Positions 1 through 10,221 of a DNA stretch of 64,000 bases are shown in pieces. This stretch comes from a bacterium (GTDB lineage Bacteria; Bacillota_I; Bacilli_A; RFN20; CAG-288), in contig CAVFFP010000003.1 in the NCBI GenBank assembly GCA_963621825.1, forward strand, positions 8,801 to 72,800, written 5' to 3'. Position numbers and translations under genes: made by a program. The notes beneath the pieces were generated by a model, which saw only the letters and a program-made list of their open reading frames with translations, was not told the origin of the DNA and ran no database searches. Positions within the stretch are counted from its first letter, which is position 1, and every line of letters begins with the position of its first letter.

Positions 1-242
1 TCTGTCAGAGCATCAATGTCCATCCGATGGTCTATTCTCTTGTTTTGCCAGTGGACTTCTTCATTCCCGGAGCTGTCGGCTATTTCAATGTTGTCTATTA
101 CAAAAATCCTCATCTTTCATCCGTTTTTGTCTCGACGTCCTGTTTTACTGACCTAGAAAAAGCCAAGAATCTTGCCTATTGTCTTTTTGATAATTCTGGC
201 AAGTTCATGTTGGATAAAAGATTTGTCATTGAACGTAGTTAA
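1..242 (+). CDS. 3' end of an unidentified CDS that runs off the left edge of the window (frame from nt 3, stop at 240-242)
   Basis: ORF is open to the window start with no stop codon; product not recognisable from the C-terminal 80 aa. Confidence 0.3.
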   Translation, partial: CQSINVHPMVYSLVLPVDFFIPGAVGYFNVVYYKNPHLSSVFVSTSCFTDLEKAKNLAYCLFDNSGKFMLDKRFVIERS

Positions 243-298
243 TGCTTTCATAAATCCGAGATTTAATATAAAATATTAAACAGTCGGAGGACTGTTTT

Positions 299-1252
299 TT
301 GAACGAAGATACTTATCAATCTGACAAAACCGAAACCTTGTCCAGTCAAGATACAATCGAATATTCCATAGCTCTGAAAAACAGGAATAATCAGATCAGA
401 AAAATGATATCTGTTATCTCTCTGTCTGTATGTTCTTTGTTGCTTCTGTTTTATTTTACATTGCCTAGTTTTCAGTGCAAGAATATTCCTATCTCCGGAA
501 ACGTCAATCTGACGAAGGAAGACATCGTCGTTCTTTCCGATAACAGAAAGTATTCTCCTCTTCTTTTCCTAGATAAGGAAAAGGCTGCTGATCAGATTGT
601 CTCTTCCTCTCTGGGACTTGTCCGTTATGCCAGTTATGAGTCGAACGGAATCTCGGCTAGTCTTACTCTCATCGAAGACTTTCCCCATGCTAAAATCAAG
701 ACCGATACGGAGAATTCCTATTTTTTGTCCGGTGTTGAGACTTCCGAAATGCTCGAAAAACTCAATTCTCTTCCTCTTGAGACTTCCAGAATCGATGAAA
801 TCAAAGCGAATCTTACTAAGGATTGTGAAAAACTTCCGACACTTCATTTCCCTACCGCTTCCTTTACCATCGATGACACGTCTATAAAAAGTGCAATGTC
901 TTCCCTCTCTTTCTTCTCTTATTCTGCAATCAGTGCTTTTTCTGACATTCAGTTCATTAACGATAGTGGAGATGCGACATGGAATAACGTCTGTGACTTT
1001 GCTATCAATTACAATGAAAAATGGTTTGTTCTGAAAGATTGTCTCGTCGACAGCTTTTCGAAATATTTCACGGCTAAGGCCTTCCCGGACGTCATCCTGA
1101 CCTCTTTATATGAGAAGACGAAGGATAGCGCGAATATCAAAACCGTTTCCTACCAGTTCAGGGATGAAAGCAAGACGATAGATGCTTACTTGTTCAAACC
1201 TTATTTCGGTAGCGAAGGGAAGATCGGATGGAGTTACGTCAACTCGGATTAG
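299..1252 (+). CDS. divIB: Cell-division protein DivIB/FtsQ-like (bitopic, POTRA-like segment after the TM helix)
   Basis: TTG start 6 nt after GGAGGA; single N-terminal TM helix (LSVCSLLLLFYFTLPSF), then a segment (KNIPISGNVNLTKEDIVVLSD) resembling the DivIB POTRA start; lies immediately upstream of the ftsA-like and ftsZ genes. Confidence 0.45.
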   Translation: MNEDTYQSDKTETLSSQDTIEYSIALKNRNNQIRKMISVISLSVCSLLLLFYFTLPSFQCKNIPISGNVNLTKEDIVVLSDNRKYSPLLFLDKEKAADQIVSSSLGLVRYASYESNGISASLTLIEDFPHAKIKTDTENSYFLSGVETSEMLEKLNSLPLETSRIDEIKANLTKDCEKLPTLHFPTASFTIDDTSIKSAMSSLSFFSYSAISAFSDIQFINDSGDATWNNVCDFAINYNEKWFVLKDCLVDSFSKYFTAKAFPDVILTSLYEKTKDSANIKTVSYQFRDESKTIDAYLFKPYFGSEGKIGWSYVNSD

Positions 1253-1264
1253 AAAGGATTCATT

Positions 1265-2425
1265 ATGGATAAACAGCTCACAATTGTTGAATTCACACCA
1301 AATAGCATCAAACTATTAAGCGGATATTATATGAAGGATAAGGTCAAAGTCCTTCAGTGCCTAGAAGGAGAAAAGCTTCCGCTTTCTGAAAACGGATTAC
1401 CTAAGGCGAATGATCTCAGAGAATCTCTCCTTACATTGATGGCGAAAGCAAGAGAACAGTCTAAGGTCGAATTAGGACCTTTGGTCGTTCTTTATCCTCC
1501 TTACAAATTTGCTAACATGGAAGTGAGGGAATCGAATGTCACTGGAAACGCAGAAAACTGCATTACTTATGCTGACTTTAGATCCTGCAGCATCCGTGCG
1601 ACAAAGGTAACTCCTCCCGTCGAAACAGAAGCTGTCAATTTTGTCCCATTCCGCTATTCTATTGATGGTATACCGGATATGACGGAATTTCCGCTTAACA
1701 AGACTTCTACCTCATTAGAGATCGATGGTGATGTTCATTTTATGAATCGAAATGTTCTTTCGTTCTATAAAGATGTCATTCAGTCCACGGGATTGAAATC
1801 TAGTATCTATCTTCAGATGGTTTCCACCTATGCCAGTTCCTATTTCGTCAGTGCAAACGATAAGGATTATAACTTTCTTCTTCTGGAGATGCAGTCTGAC
1901 TATACTTACATCACTTATGTGAGAAATAACCACGTCATGGCTTCCTATGTCGTCAAGGAAGGTATTTCTCAGGTGACTGCACGCTATGCGAAGTTGTTGA
2001 ATATGACTGATGAGCGTGCTAAGGAACTGATCTCTACGTTCGGATTTTTGAAAAATCTCCAATTCGAATACCAGACAGATGAGGGATATGATCTTCTCCA
2101 TTTGTCTAATACCCTTCTGAAGGCGTTTCTCCCGACGTTTGATAAGATTCAGGCCGCTATCAATGAGTATGATATCGATATACAGATTCCGATTGTGCTT
2201 ACTGGAATTGCGAACGGAATCTTCGGTATGGAATCTGGTCTTGCCTTCTACTTTAAACGCAGTGTACGTGTGTTTAAGGGAAGAGCGATGGGCGCGGAAT
2301 GCGGTGTATACGATGCCGCATTAGGAGCGATTGGCATCGCTAACAAAAACTATCAGGCTCCTAGAGACCAATTCCAGAGATCGGAATCTGATTCGCAGCT
2401 GAAGTCGACTATGTTTGACAGATAA
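1265..2425 (+). CDS. ftsA: FtsA-like actin-family division protein (divergent)
   Basis: 386 aa, directly upstream of ftsZ, RBS AAAGGA; weak similarity to the FtsA N-terminus (LTIVEFTPNSIKLL vs IVGLDIGTSKI) and phosphate-2 region, but the Gly-rich nucleotide-binding loops are not conserved. Confidence 0.5.
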   Translation: MDKQLTIVEFTPNSIKLLSGYYMKDKVKVLQCLEGEKLPLSENGLPKANDLRESLLTLMAKAREQSKVELGPLVVLYPPYKFANMEVRESNVTGNAENCITYADFRSCSIRATKVTPPVETEAVNFVPFRYSIDGIPDMTEFPLNKTSTSLEIDGDVHFMNRNVLSFYKDVIQSTGLKSSIYLQMVSTYASSYFVSANDKDYNFLLLEMQSDYTYITYVRNNHVMASYVVKEGISQVTARYAKLLNMTDERAKELISTFGFLKNLQFEYQTDEGYDLLHLSNTLLKAFLPTFDKIQAAINEYDIDIQIPIVLTGIANGIFGMESGLAFYFKRSVRVFKGRAMGAECGVYDAALGAIGIANKNYQAPRDQFQRSESDSQLKSTMFDR

Positions 2426-2445
2426 ACAGAAAGAGGACTGAAATT

Positions 2446-3714
2446 ATGGCAGAAAACAATGAATTGCATGAACTTCTCGATGATGAGGAATTGAAGAAAA
2501 ACGCAAAAATCAAAGTCATCGGCGTCGGTGGCGGTGGTGGAAATGCCGTCAATGGCATGATTCATGACAAGGAAGACTTGGTCGAGTATTGGGTATTCAA
2601 TACGGATTGCCAGGCCTTGAGCCATTCTCCTTGCGAGAATAAGCTTGTTTTAGGAAGAACTGTGACAGGTGGCCTAGGTGCAGGTGGTATTCCGGCAACC
2701 GGAAAAATGGCGGCGGAAGAAAGCTATGAGGACATCAAACGCATTGTTGATGGTTCTGACCTTATCTTCATTGCGGCCGGTGAAGGCGGCGGAACCGGTA
2801 CTGGTGCCGCTCCGATTGTTGCAAAAGCTGCAAAAGAAGTCGGATGCCTTGTCATCGGTATTGTAACGCGCCCGTTCAACTTTGAAGGCAAGACAAGAAG
2901 AACACATGCTCTGGAAGGCATCAATGCCTTGAAGGAAAATGTGGATGCTTTGATTGTCATCTCCAATGACAAACTGATGTTCAATGGAGGCAACAAACCA
3001 GTCTGTGACACTTTCCTTGATGCGGATCAGATTCTTGGCTCCTCTGTCAGAACTGTCACGGACTTGATTCTGAAGCATGGTGTCATCAATCTTGACTTTG
3101 CTGATGTCAAAGCTACCTTGCTTGGAAAAGGTCTTGCTCTTATCGGTATCGGACATGGAAAAGGCCCTAACAAAGCGATTGAAGCAGCCGATAACGCCAT
3201 CAACTCTCCTCTTCTTGAGGCAAGTATCCGCGGAGCTCATAGCATGATTGTCAATTTCACTGTCGGACCGGATACTACTTTGAACGATACATCCGATGCT
3301 GTTGCATACATCAATCAGGCCGCTGTCGGAAAGGACAGCGACGAAGAACCGAATATCATTTTCGGTGTCTTGCAGGATCCTAACTTACATGATGAGATGA
3401 CTATCGCCATCATCGCTACTGACTTTAACAAGGATGTGGATTTCAACACGGTTCCGCTTCGTAACGCAAAGCCGAGTGCAGATGCTCCTGCTCCAATTGT
3501 AGAACAGAACGTGGACAATGGTTTTGTCGATGAGGCAATCAAGAAGAGCAATGAGGTCAAAAACGCCTCTGTTCTTCCTTCCTTCCTTCGCAACAAGATG
3601 AAGGAACCTATTGTCACAGAACCGATAAAGGAAGAACCTGTTATGAAACAGAATGCTGTTTCTCTTGATGACGATGAGGACGAACCGATTGTCCTTTCTC
3701 GTGATGATGATTAA
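2446..3714 (+). CDS. ftsZ: Cell division GTPase FtsZ
   Basis: GGGTGTG tubulin signature ([17 protein letters not shown]), [13 protein letters not shown]-terminus, long acidic C-terminal tail. Confidence 0.95.
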   Translation: MAENNELHELLDDEELKKNAKIKVIGVGGGGGNAVNGMIHDKEDLVEYWVFNTDCQALSHSPCENKLVLGRTVTGGLGAGGIPATGKMAAEESYEDIKRIVDGSDLIFIAAGEGGGTGTGAAPIVAKAAKEVGCLVIGIVTRPFNFEGKTRRTHALEGINALKENVDALIVISNDKLMFNGGNKPVCDTFLDADQILGSSVRTVTDLILKHGVINLDFADVKATLLGKGLALIGIGHGKGPNKAIEAADNAINSPLLEASIRGAHSMIVNFTVGPDTTLNDTSDAVAYINQAAVGKDSDEEPNIIFGVLQDPNLHDEMTIAIIATDFNKDVDFNTVPLRNAKPSADAPAPIVEQNVDNGFVDEAIKKSNEVKNASVLPSFLRNKMKEPIVTEPIKEEPVMKQNAVSLDDDEDEPIVLSRDDD

Positions 3715-3731
3715 ATACAAGGAGATGAAAA

Positions 3732-4778
3732 ATGGAACTCAACGAATTTGAAAAACTCTCCAAAAAAGAGATAGAAGATGCGAAAAACGAAAGTCTTAAG
3801 ATCACTGACCGTGCTTCCTTAGAAGCCTTCAAAGGTAAATTCTTAGGCAAAAAGAGTAATCTGACAGCTTTTTATTCTCAGATGAGAACAATTTCTCAGG
3901 ATCAGAAAAAAGCCTTCGGTGAAAAACTTACTGCCTTAAAGGAACAGCTTAATCTTTACTTTGAAGAAAAGGAAAAGGAACTGAAGGAAAAGGAACTGAA
4001 CAAGAGGCTTGCCAAGGAGAAGGTTGACATCACTCTTCCTGGCTATGAGGAAACCTTGGGAAGCAAACATCCTTTCTATGCTGTCGTCGATGATATCACC
4101 GACTTCTTTGTCGGCTTAGGATTTACGGTTGCCGATGGTCCGGAAGTCGAAAGCGACAGAAACAATTTCGAATTGATGAACATTCCCGCCGATCATCCGG
4201 CAAGAGATATGCAGGATTCCTTCTCTATCGACCCTACTACTGTCTTAAGAAGCCACACTTCCTGTGTTCAGGCCCGCGTCATGCAGCAGATGCAGGGAAA
4301 AGGCCCGGTCAAGGTCATCTGCCCAGGCAAAGTGTACCGCCGCGACAACGATGCTACCCATAGTCATCAGTTCGGTCAGATTGAAGGTCTTGTCATCTCC
4401 GAAGACTGTACTTTCAGCAATCTCCTTGAGACATTGACTCTTCTCCTTCGCCATCTCTTCGGTGACAAACGTGAAATCCGTTTCCGTCCTTCCTTCTTCC
4501 CGTTCACGGAACCGAGCGTAGAAGCTGACATCTCCTGTTTTGAATGCGGCGGAAAAGGCTGCAACTTCTGCAAGCATACCGGTTGGATTGAGGTTTTAGG
4601 CTCGGGCATGGTTCATCCTAACGTCCTTCGTCTGAACGGATATGATGATACCAAATACAAAGGATTTGCCTTTGGTATCGGCATTGACCGTATCGCGATG
4701 CTGAAATACAACATCGATGACATCAAGAGATTCTATACCAATGATGTCAACTTTGTCTCTCAGTTCAGAAAGGAGTAA
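3732..4778 (+). CDS. pheS: Phenylalanine--tRNA ligase alpha subunit
   Basis: Class II aaRS motifs (FPFTEPS, GSGMVHPNVL, GFAFGIGIDRIAM); pheT follows; only 17 nt after the ftsZ stop. Confidence 0.95.
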   Translation: MELNEFEKLSKKEIEDAKNESLKITDRASLEAFKGKFLGKKSNLTAFYSQMRTISQDQKKAFGEKLTALKEQLNLYFEEKEKELKEKELNKRLAKEKVDITLPGYEETLGSKHPFYAVVDDITDFFVGLGFTVADGPEVESDRNNFELMNIPADHPARDMQDSFSIDPTTVLRSHTSCVQARVMQQMQGKGPVKVICPGKVYRRDNDATHSHQFGQIEGLVISEDCTFSNLLETLTLLLRHLFGDKREIRFRPSFFPFTEPSVEADISCFECGGKGCNFCKHTGWIEVLGSGMVHPNVLRLNGYDDTKYKGFAFGIGIDRIAMLKYNIDDIKRFYTNDVNFVSQFRKE

Positions 4779-4783
4779 AAATC

Positions 4784-7156
4784 ATGCTATTTTCTTATAA
4801 AACATTATCTACATTGGTCGATTTGACCTCCATTTCACCGGAAGAACTGAGAAAGAGACTTACCTTCTCTGGATTTGAAGTAGAAGGCATGGAGAAACTT
4901 GCTCAGGCTAGTGAACTTGTCATCGGTGAGGTTCTCACCTGTGTGAATCATCCGGATAGTGACCATCTTCATGTTCTGACGGTAGACTGTGGCGGAGAAG
5001 GCATCAAACATATCGTCTGCGGTGCCAAGAATGTCCGTAAAGGTCTTCGTGTCATCGTCGCTTTGGAAGGCTGTGTCTTACCTGCTCTTGGAGAGACAAT
5101 CAAGAAGGGCAAAATCCGTGGTGAAGTCAGTGAGGGTATGTGCTGCTCTTTGTTGGAACTTGGTGTTTCCAAAGACTCCTTGGACGAGAATTCTCCATCT
5201 TTGGATGGTATCGAAGAGCTTCCTTCCGATGCACCCATCGGTGAAAGACACGTACTCGATTATCTTGGTTTAGAAGATGTCATTCTCGATATCAATGTTC
5301 TTCCGAACCGTCCGGATTGCCTAAGTTACATCGGTATGGCAAGAGAGATCGCCGCTCTCTTCTCCAGAGAGTTATTCCCTCTTCCTACATATAAACTTTC
5401 CTCTTTGAAGGACAATATCCATGTCCGTTCCAAGACCATCAACTGTGCGAGAATCGATATGCTCCGCATCAATGATGTCAAACCGAAGAAAGAGACTCCT
5501 CTTTACATCAAGAGAACCTTGATGGCAAACGGAATCCGTTCTCTTTCTCCTCTTGTCGATTTAGGGAACTATTCCATGCTCCTTACCGGTCAGCCGCTGA
5601 ACCTTTATGATGCGGATGACAATACCGGTGACGATTATATTGTCAGCGATGATTTTGATGGTGATTTCACCTGCTTTGACGGAAAGACCATCAAACTGAT
5701 TCCTGGAGACCTTGTCATCTCCGACAAGGAAGCTCCTCTTTGTCTTGCCGGCATCATGGCAGGAGAGAAAGCATCCATCCGTCCTTCTACGAAGAACATC
5801 GTGATTGAAGCAGCCTCTTTCTATCATGCCAGCATCCGTTACACCTCCGCTAGAATCGGTGTCTCCTCTTTCTCTTCTCAGCTTTTTGCCAAGGAGAGAA
5901 ATCCGAAACTCATTCCGGAGGCCTTATCTGTCACCATCGCCTTATTGCCAGAATTCCTTGAAAAATATGAACTCGGAAGTTATTCTTCCTTCAATCGTGC
6001 AGAGACAGAGAACAAGCCGTTTGCTTTCTCTTTAGACGCTTTGAATGCGAGACTTGGCTCTTCCTATACGGAAGAAGAAGTGGATCAGGTGCTTAAGGCA
6101 TATCGCATCCAGAAGTGCAAAGACGGAAAACTTCTTGCTCCGATTGACCGTGTGGATCTGAATGAACAGTGCGATATCGACGAGGAAGTCTTCCGTTATT
6201 TCCCAGCGGAAAGAATCACTCCTTCCTTGAAAAATTTCCCGATTACACACGGCAAATTGAGCGATGTTCAGAAAAAGAAGAAGGAAATCCGTGAATTATT
6301 GGTCTCTCGTGGACTTAACGAAATTCTTTCTTTTACCCTTATCAGTGAAAAAGAGGATGAGTCTATCCGTGTCTTCCAGAATGAGAAAGGATTCAAGATC
6401 ATCAACCCGATGACAAAGGATCATGAGATTGTACGCAGCGACCTTCTTCCTTCTCTTATCAGCACTGTCGACTACAACAAAGCGCATCAGAACAAGAATC
6501 TTGCCCTTTTTGAAATCTCTCCGATCGACACTCCGAAGGGAAATCATCTTTATCTCTCTATCGCCTTGTTTGGCAATAAGATGGGAAGAGATGAATATCT
6601 CAGCAGACCCTATGATTTCTTTGATCTGAAAGGCTATGTCTTTGCTGTCCTTAAGAAGATCGGACTTTCCGATACCCGTTTCCGTATCGCCTATTCCAAG
6701 AATCCGAAATTCCATCCGAACTGCTCTGCCGATATCTTTGTCGGCAAGGATTTAGTCGGAACATTCGGTCAGCTTCACCCTTCCTTCTATGAGGATAAAC
6801 TCTATGTCGCGGAACTCGATTTAGGAAAGCTTCTCGCTCTGAAGGGAATGAACACGAAGTTTGTCCCCTTCTCTACCTTCCCGGAAGTCAGAAGAGACCT
6901 TTCTTTCCGCATGAACGACAGAGTCGATTATGCATTGCTTAGAAAGACGATCCTCCATGTTCCGGATACGAATGTTCAGGATGTCTGCCTGTTTGATGAG
7001 TTTGTGGACAAAGTCACATCCATCACCTATCTTGGCGTCTCTGTCTTCTTAGGAAAGGAAGACGGCACTTTGAAAGAGAGTGAAATCTCTTCATCCATCA
7101 AAAAGATTACCGACTGCTGCAAAGCAGAGCTCGGCCTTACTCTAAGAGGAGAATGA
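4784..7156 (+). CDS. pheT: Phenylalanine--tRNA ligase beta subunit
   Basis: 790 aa, N-terminal tRNA-binding domain plus B3/4 and B5 domains, downstream of pheS. Confidence 0.95.
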   Translation: MLFSYKTLSTLVDLTSISPEELRKRLTFSGFEVEGMEKLAQASELVIGEVLTCVNHPDSDHLHVLTVDCGGEGIKHIVCGAKNVRKGLRVIVALEGCVLPALGETIKKGKIRGEVSEGMCCSLLELGVSKDSLDENSPSLDGIEELPSDAPIGERHVLDYLGLEDVILDINVLPNRPDCLSYIGMAREIAALFSRELFPLPTYKLSSLKDNIHVRSKTINCARIDMLRINDVKPKKETPLYIKRTLMANGIRSLSPLVDLGNYSMLLTGQPLNLYDADDNTGDDYIVSDDFDGDFTCFDGKTIKLIPGDLVISDKEAPLCLAGIMAGEKASIRPSTKNIVIEAASFYHASIRYTSARIGVSSFSSQLFAKERNPKLIPEALSVTIALLPEFLEKYELGSYSSFNRAETENKPFAFSLDALNARLGSSYTEEEVDQVLKAYRIQKCKDGKLLAPIDRVDLNEQCDIDEEVFRYFPAERITPSLKNFPITHGKLSDVQKKKKEIRELLVSRGLNEILSFTLISEKEDESIRVFQNEKGFKIINPMTKDHEIVRSDLLPSLISTVDYNKAHQNKNLALFEISPIDTPKGNHLYLSIALFGNKMGRDEYLSRPYDFFDLKGYVFAVLKKIGLSDTRFRIAYSKNPKFHPNCSADIFVGKDLVGTFGQLHPSFYEDKLYVAELDLGKLLALKGMNTKFVPFSTFPEVRRDLSFRMNDRVDYALLRKTILHVPDTNVQDVCLFDEFVDKVTSITYLGVSVFLGKEDGTLKESEISSSIKKITDCCKAELGLTLRGE

Positions 7157-7157
7157 C

Positions 7158-8093
7158 ATGGCTACTTTCCGTTTGATTGAAAATTCCTTTTCCGAAGTGA
7201 ACCACACTGACTTCTTTGACAAGATTGCGCTTGTCGCACATAACTGTTACCAGGTCAAGGAAAAGGATCACGCTAGCAACATCGGCTTCATCCAGAGGCT
7301 TGTTCAGAGCGGACATCTTGCGATGATGGAACATTACCGTTTTGCTTTTGTCCTGAATGAGAGCCAGTATCACCGCTTTTTGGAATTGCACAATTCCTTC
7401 TATGAATTAGGTGAGTACATGAGAGAGAAGGGAAGCTATCACGAGATGGTTTATCTTCTTTCCTGTTCTATCCGTCCTATCCTTGAAAATCTTGATAGCG
7501 CAGATGTTCTTGAAAAAGAGATGGCCACCCTTTTAGCAAACTCTCTTCCGGAAGAAGTCAAGTCTGTATTGCTTCCTAACCTCAAAGGTGAGGAGAAAGT
7601 CCCCTTATTCGATGTCGAGAAGAACAAAGACAAAATTCCTTCTGAGATTTATGACCGTTTCACCTATGTCACCTATCATTTGATCACAGACCGTGGTGTG
7701 ACACATGAATTGGTCCGTCACAGAATCTGTTCTTTCGCTCAGGAATCCACTCGTTACTGCAACTACACCAAGGATAAGTTTGATGCTTGTCTTACCTTCA
7801 TGAAGCCGAGCAAATACGAGGAAAGAAAAGAAATCTATGACGCCTTCTATCAAAAATGCGCAGACGCTTACTTTGAACTGATTCAGTCTGGAGCCACTCC
7901 GGATGAAGCGCGTGCCGTACTTCCGAACTCCTTGAAAGCTAGCATCATGGTGACTTGCAATCTGAAAGAATGGAAGAAGATCTTCTTCCTTCGTACCGAT
8001 CCGCACGCTCACTTTGACATCCGCAGACTCATGCTTCTTGTTCAGGAAGATATGATAAAGAAAGGATACATCCATGATGAAGAAGGAAGATAG
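7158..8093 (+). CDS. thyX: Flavin-dependent thymidylate synthase ThyX
   Basis: ThyX signature RHRxxSxxxxSxRY present (VRHRICSFAQESTRY); start translationally coupled to the pheT stop (AGGAGA-N7-ATG overlapping TGA). Confidence 0.9.
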   Translation: MATFRLIENSFSEVNHTDFFDKIALVAHNCYQVKEKDHASNIGFIQRLVQSGHLAMMEHYRFAFVLNESQYHRFLELHNSFYELGEYMREKGSYHEMVYLLSCSIRPILENLDSADVLEKEMATLLANSLPEEVKSVLLPNLKGEEKVPLFDVEKNKDKIPSEIYDRFTYVTYHLITDRGVTHELVRHRICSFAQESTRYCNYTKDKFDACLTFMKPSKYEERKEIYDAFYQKCADAYFELIQSGATPDEARAVLPNSLKASIMVTCNLKEWKKIFFLRTDPHAHFDIRRLMLLVQEDMIKKGYIHDEEGR

Positions 8094-8565
8094 AATTGCT
8101 ATCGATCTCCTTTCCTTAGAGGAAGGTAATGAATACGATCTCGACTTCGAACTGACCGAAAAGGAGAAGAAATATTTTCCGAATCTCCTTTCTATCAACG
8201 ATACTACCTTTGTCTTACGTGTCCTTTCCCTTGGGAAGCTCAGTTCACTTGTCCTTCTTGTTGAGGGTGACATCACTCTTACCGATGCCCATGACTTGAG
8301 CGAGAGATCGTATCATCTTGATGACAGCGTCGAGATCACTATCGCCACGGATAACGAGGACAACAGCGATATCCTTCCGGATGAGGATGGCCTTTATGAC
8401 TTAAGAGGCTCATTGTTAGCGTTATTGTTCAATGACATCCCGCAGAATTATTCCGAAGTGCCTCTTACCAAGATTGAACATGAGAATTACGTCCTGATGT
8501 CTGAGGAAGAATACGAAGAAGAAAAGAAAAAGAGAAAGAACACAAACGCTTTCTCTGATCTCTGA
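8074..8565 (+). CDS. Acidic DUF177/YceD-like protein (zinc-ribbon cysteines not conserved)
   Basis: 163 aa, very acidic, overall YceD/YlbN-like pattern but without the CxxC motifs; followed by a strong terminator. Confidence 0.35.
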   Translation: MMKKEDRIAIDLLSLEEGNEYDLDFELTEKEKKYFPNLLSINDTTFVLRVLSLGKLSSLVLLVEGDITLTDAHDLSERSYHLDDSVEITIATDNEDNSDILPDEDGLYDLRGSLLALLFNDIPQNYSEVPLTKIEHENYVLMSEEEYEEEKKKRKNTNAFSDL

Positions 8566-8583
8566 TTCTGAACTTATGCACTG

Positions 8584-8623
8584 AAGCCCATGGGATCCCA
8601 TGGGCTTTTATTGAAGTTTTTTA
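8584..8623 (+). terminator. Rho-independent terminator (perfect 24-nt palindrome AAGCCCATGGGATCCCATGGGCTT then T-rich tract)
   Basis: seen directly; ends the thyX / DUF177 transcription unit. Confidence 0.65.
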
Positions 8624-8694
8624 TATTTCGCTGATTTTCATCCCACTTTTGCTCTTTTTATACCACATTGCCCCACCACGGACTCGTAATTATC

Positions 8695-8723
8695 AAAAAA
8701 GCCCTTGATTAAGGGCTTTTTTG
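8695..8723. terminator. Bidirectional hairpin terminator (A6-GCCCTT-GATT-AAGGGC-T6)
   Basis: seen directly; A-tract and T-tract flank a 6-bp GC stem. Confidence 0.5.
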
Positions 8724-8787
8724 TATATTCAAGAAAAACTTAAAAAAGCTGGCGTATCACTTTTTGCAAGAAAAAACTTAAAAAGTA

Positions 8788-8816
8788 TTGCACGAAGTGG
8801 GATGAATAATTATAAT
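8788..8816 (+). promoter_or_regulatory. Sigma-A-type promoter of the mraZ operon (TTGCAC-17-TATAAT)
   Basis: -35 at 8788-8793, -10 at 8811-8816, 17-bp spacer, 25 nt upstream of the GTG start of mraZ. Confidence 0.6.
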
Positions 8817-8832
8817 TGTGGGTGAAAGTGGG
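8797..8832 (+). promoter_or_regulatory. MraZ operator: three direct GTGGG boxes (AAGTGGGA 8797, TTGTGGGT 8818, AAGTGGGA 8828) overlapping the promoter and 5' UTR
   Basis: Direct repeats of the AAGTGGG type match the published MraZ-box architecture; they lie over the -35/-10 of the mraZ promoter. Confidence 0.55.
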
Positions 8833-8841
8833 AAATAAATC

Positions 8842-9282
8842 GTGTTTTATGGTCAAAAAGAACTGACACTCGATGACAAGTATCGTCTGGTTCTACCCTC
8901 AATCTATCGCGACGGTTTCACAGAAAGCACATGCTTTGCCACTTTAGGCATGGACAAATGTGTCCAGCTGTTTCCAAAGGAAACGTTTGAGAAAAACGCT
9001 GAGGAGATCATGAAGCTTTCTGAGTTCTCCAAAGAGGCCAGAGATGTCCGTCGTATCTTCATGGGAAACACCTTCAACATTCAGATTGACTCCCATAATC
9101 GTATTCTCTTGCCGAAGCTTCTTATGAACAAAGTATCCTTAGGAAAGAAAGTTGTTGTTGTCGGTGTCTACGATCATCTTGAAGTTTGGGATCAGGACGC
9201 CTATTACGCAAGCGAAAAAGAAGGCGAAGAGAATTATTCGTCCAACGCGAAGAAACTCTTGGAAGGGACGGATAAGGCATGA
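8842..9282 (+). CDS. mraZ: Transcriptional regulator MraZ
   Basis: GTG start; N-terminus MFYGQKELTLDDKYRLVLP matches the MraZ start; ~145 aa with duplicated domain. Confidence 0.9.
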   Translation: MFYGQKELTLDDKYRLVLPSIYRDGFTESTCFATLGMDKCVQLFPKETFEKNAEEIMKLSEFSKEARDVRRIFMGNTFNIQIDSHNRILLPKLLMNKVSLGKKVVVVGVYDHLEVWDQDAYYASEKEGEENYSSNAKKLLEGTDKA

Positions 9283-10217
9283 GCGAGTATAACGAACATA
9301 TACCCGTCATGTTAGAGGAAGTTCTCTCCTTTGTTCCTTCTGGAAAGAAAATGACTTACCTTGATATGACGCTTGGACGTGCCGGACACGCTTCCAACAT
9401 CATGAAAAGGATGGGGAAAGGCAGCACCTTCATTGGTGTTGACCGCGACACTGACGCTCTTCAGTACTGCGAAGAATTCCTGACACCCTACGCTAAGACC
9501 GTAAAGCAGTATTTCCTCCATTCCACCTTTGCGGAATGCGTTGAGACATTGAAGAAAAGCGGTTTCGAAGGCGCTGACTTCATTCTCATGGATATCGGAG
9601 TCTCTTCCCCACAGTTCGATGATCCTAGCCGTGGCTTCTCCTATCGCTATGATGCTCCTCTTGATATGAGGATGGATCAGAAAGATGGATTGACTGCTGC
9701 TGATATCATCAACCGATATGATGAAGAAAAACTCTGCCACGTTTTCAGAGATTTAGGCCAATGCAAGATCTATTATCCAGTCGTCAAAAAGATTCTGAAG
9801 GTCAGAGAAGAGAAGAGGATTGAGACAACTTTCGAACTTGTCGAGATCATCAAATCTTCCTTGCCCGCCAAGGAACTTCGAAAGGAAGGACATCCTGCAA
9901 AGCAGTTCTTCCTCGGACTTCGTTACGAAGTGAACGGAGAGATGGATCAGCTTCAGAAAGGCTTGAAACAGGCGATTGAGTTCCTCAATCATAAAGGAAG
10001 ACTAGTCATAATCTCCTTCAACAGTGAAGAGGATAAAATCGTCAAGGATACATTCAAAGAATACGTTGTCGAGAAGCATGTCGATAAGTATAAGGCAGAT
10101 GCTGAAACGGGTGGTTACATCGCTCTGACCAAGAAACCGCTTCTGCCTACATCAGAGGAGATAGAAGGCAATAACCGTTGCAAGCCTTCCATCCTCAGGG
10201 CGATAGAAAGGATATAA
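9279..10217 (+). CDS. rsmH: 16S rRNA (cytosine1402-N4)-methyltransferase RsmH (MraW)
   Basis: HIPVMLEEVL...DMTLGRAGHAS N-terminus, SAM-MTase fold, follows mraZ with a 4-nt overlap. Confidence 0.9.
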   Translation: MSEYNEHIPVMLEEVLSFVPSGKKMTYLDMTLGRAGHASNIMKRMGKGSTFIGVDRDTDALQYCEEFLTPYAKTVKQYFLHSTFAECVETLKKSGFEGADFILMDIGVSSPQFDDPSRGFSYRYDAPLDMRMDQKDGLTAADIINRYDEEKLCHVFRDLGQCKIYYPVVKKILKVREEKRIETTFELVEIIKSSLPAKELRKEGHPAKQFFLGLRYEVNGEMDQLQKGLKQAIEFLNHKGRLVIISFNSEEDKIVKDTFKEYVVEKHVDKYKADAETGGYIALTKKPLLPTSEEIEGNNRCKPSILRAIERI

Positions 10218-10221
10218 GCAT

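Noticed and set aside
282-304. Hairpin CAGTC-GGAG-GACTG-TTTTTT as a terminator upstream of the ftsQ-like gene
   Set aside because: The stem is only 5 bp and the loop GGAGGA doubles as the RBS for the TTG start at 299. It is more likely a structured RBS region than a terminator.
2674-3240. 188-aa minus-strand ORF inside ftsZ (others similar: 11886-12596 in thrS, 7605-8276 in thyX, 6296-6715 in pheT)
   Set aside because: Each lies entirely within a strongly supported gene on the opposite strand, has no RBS and no recognisable domain.
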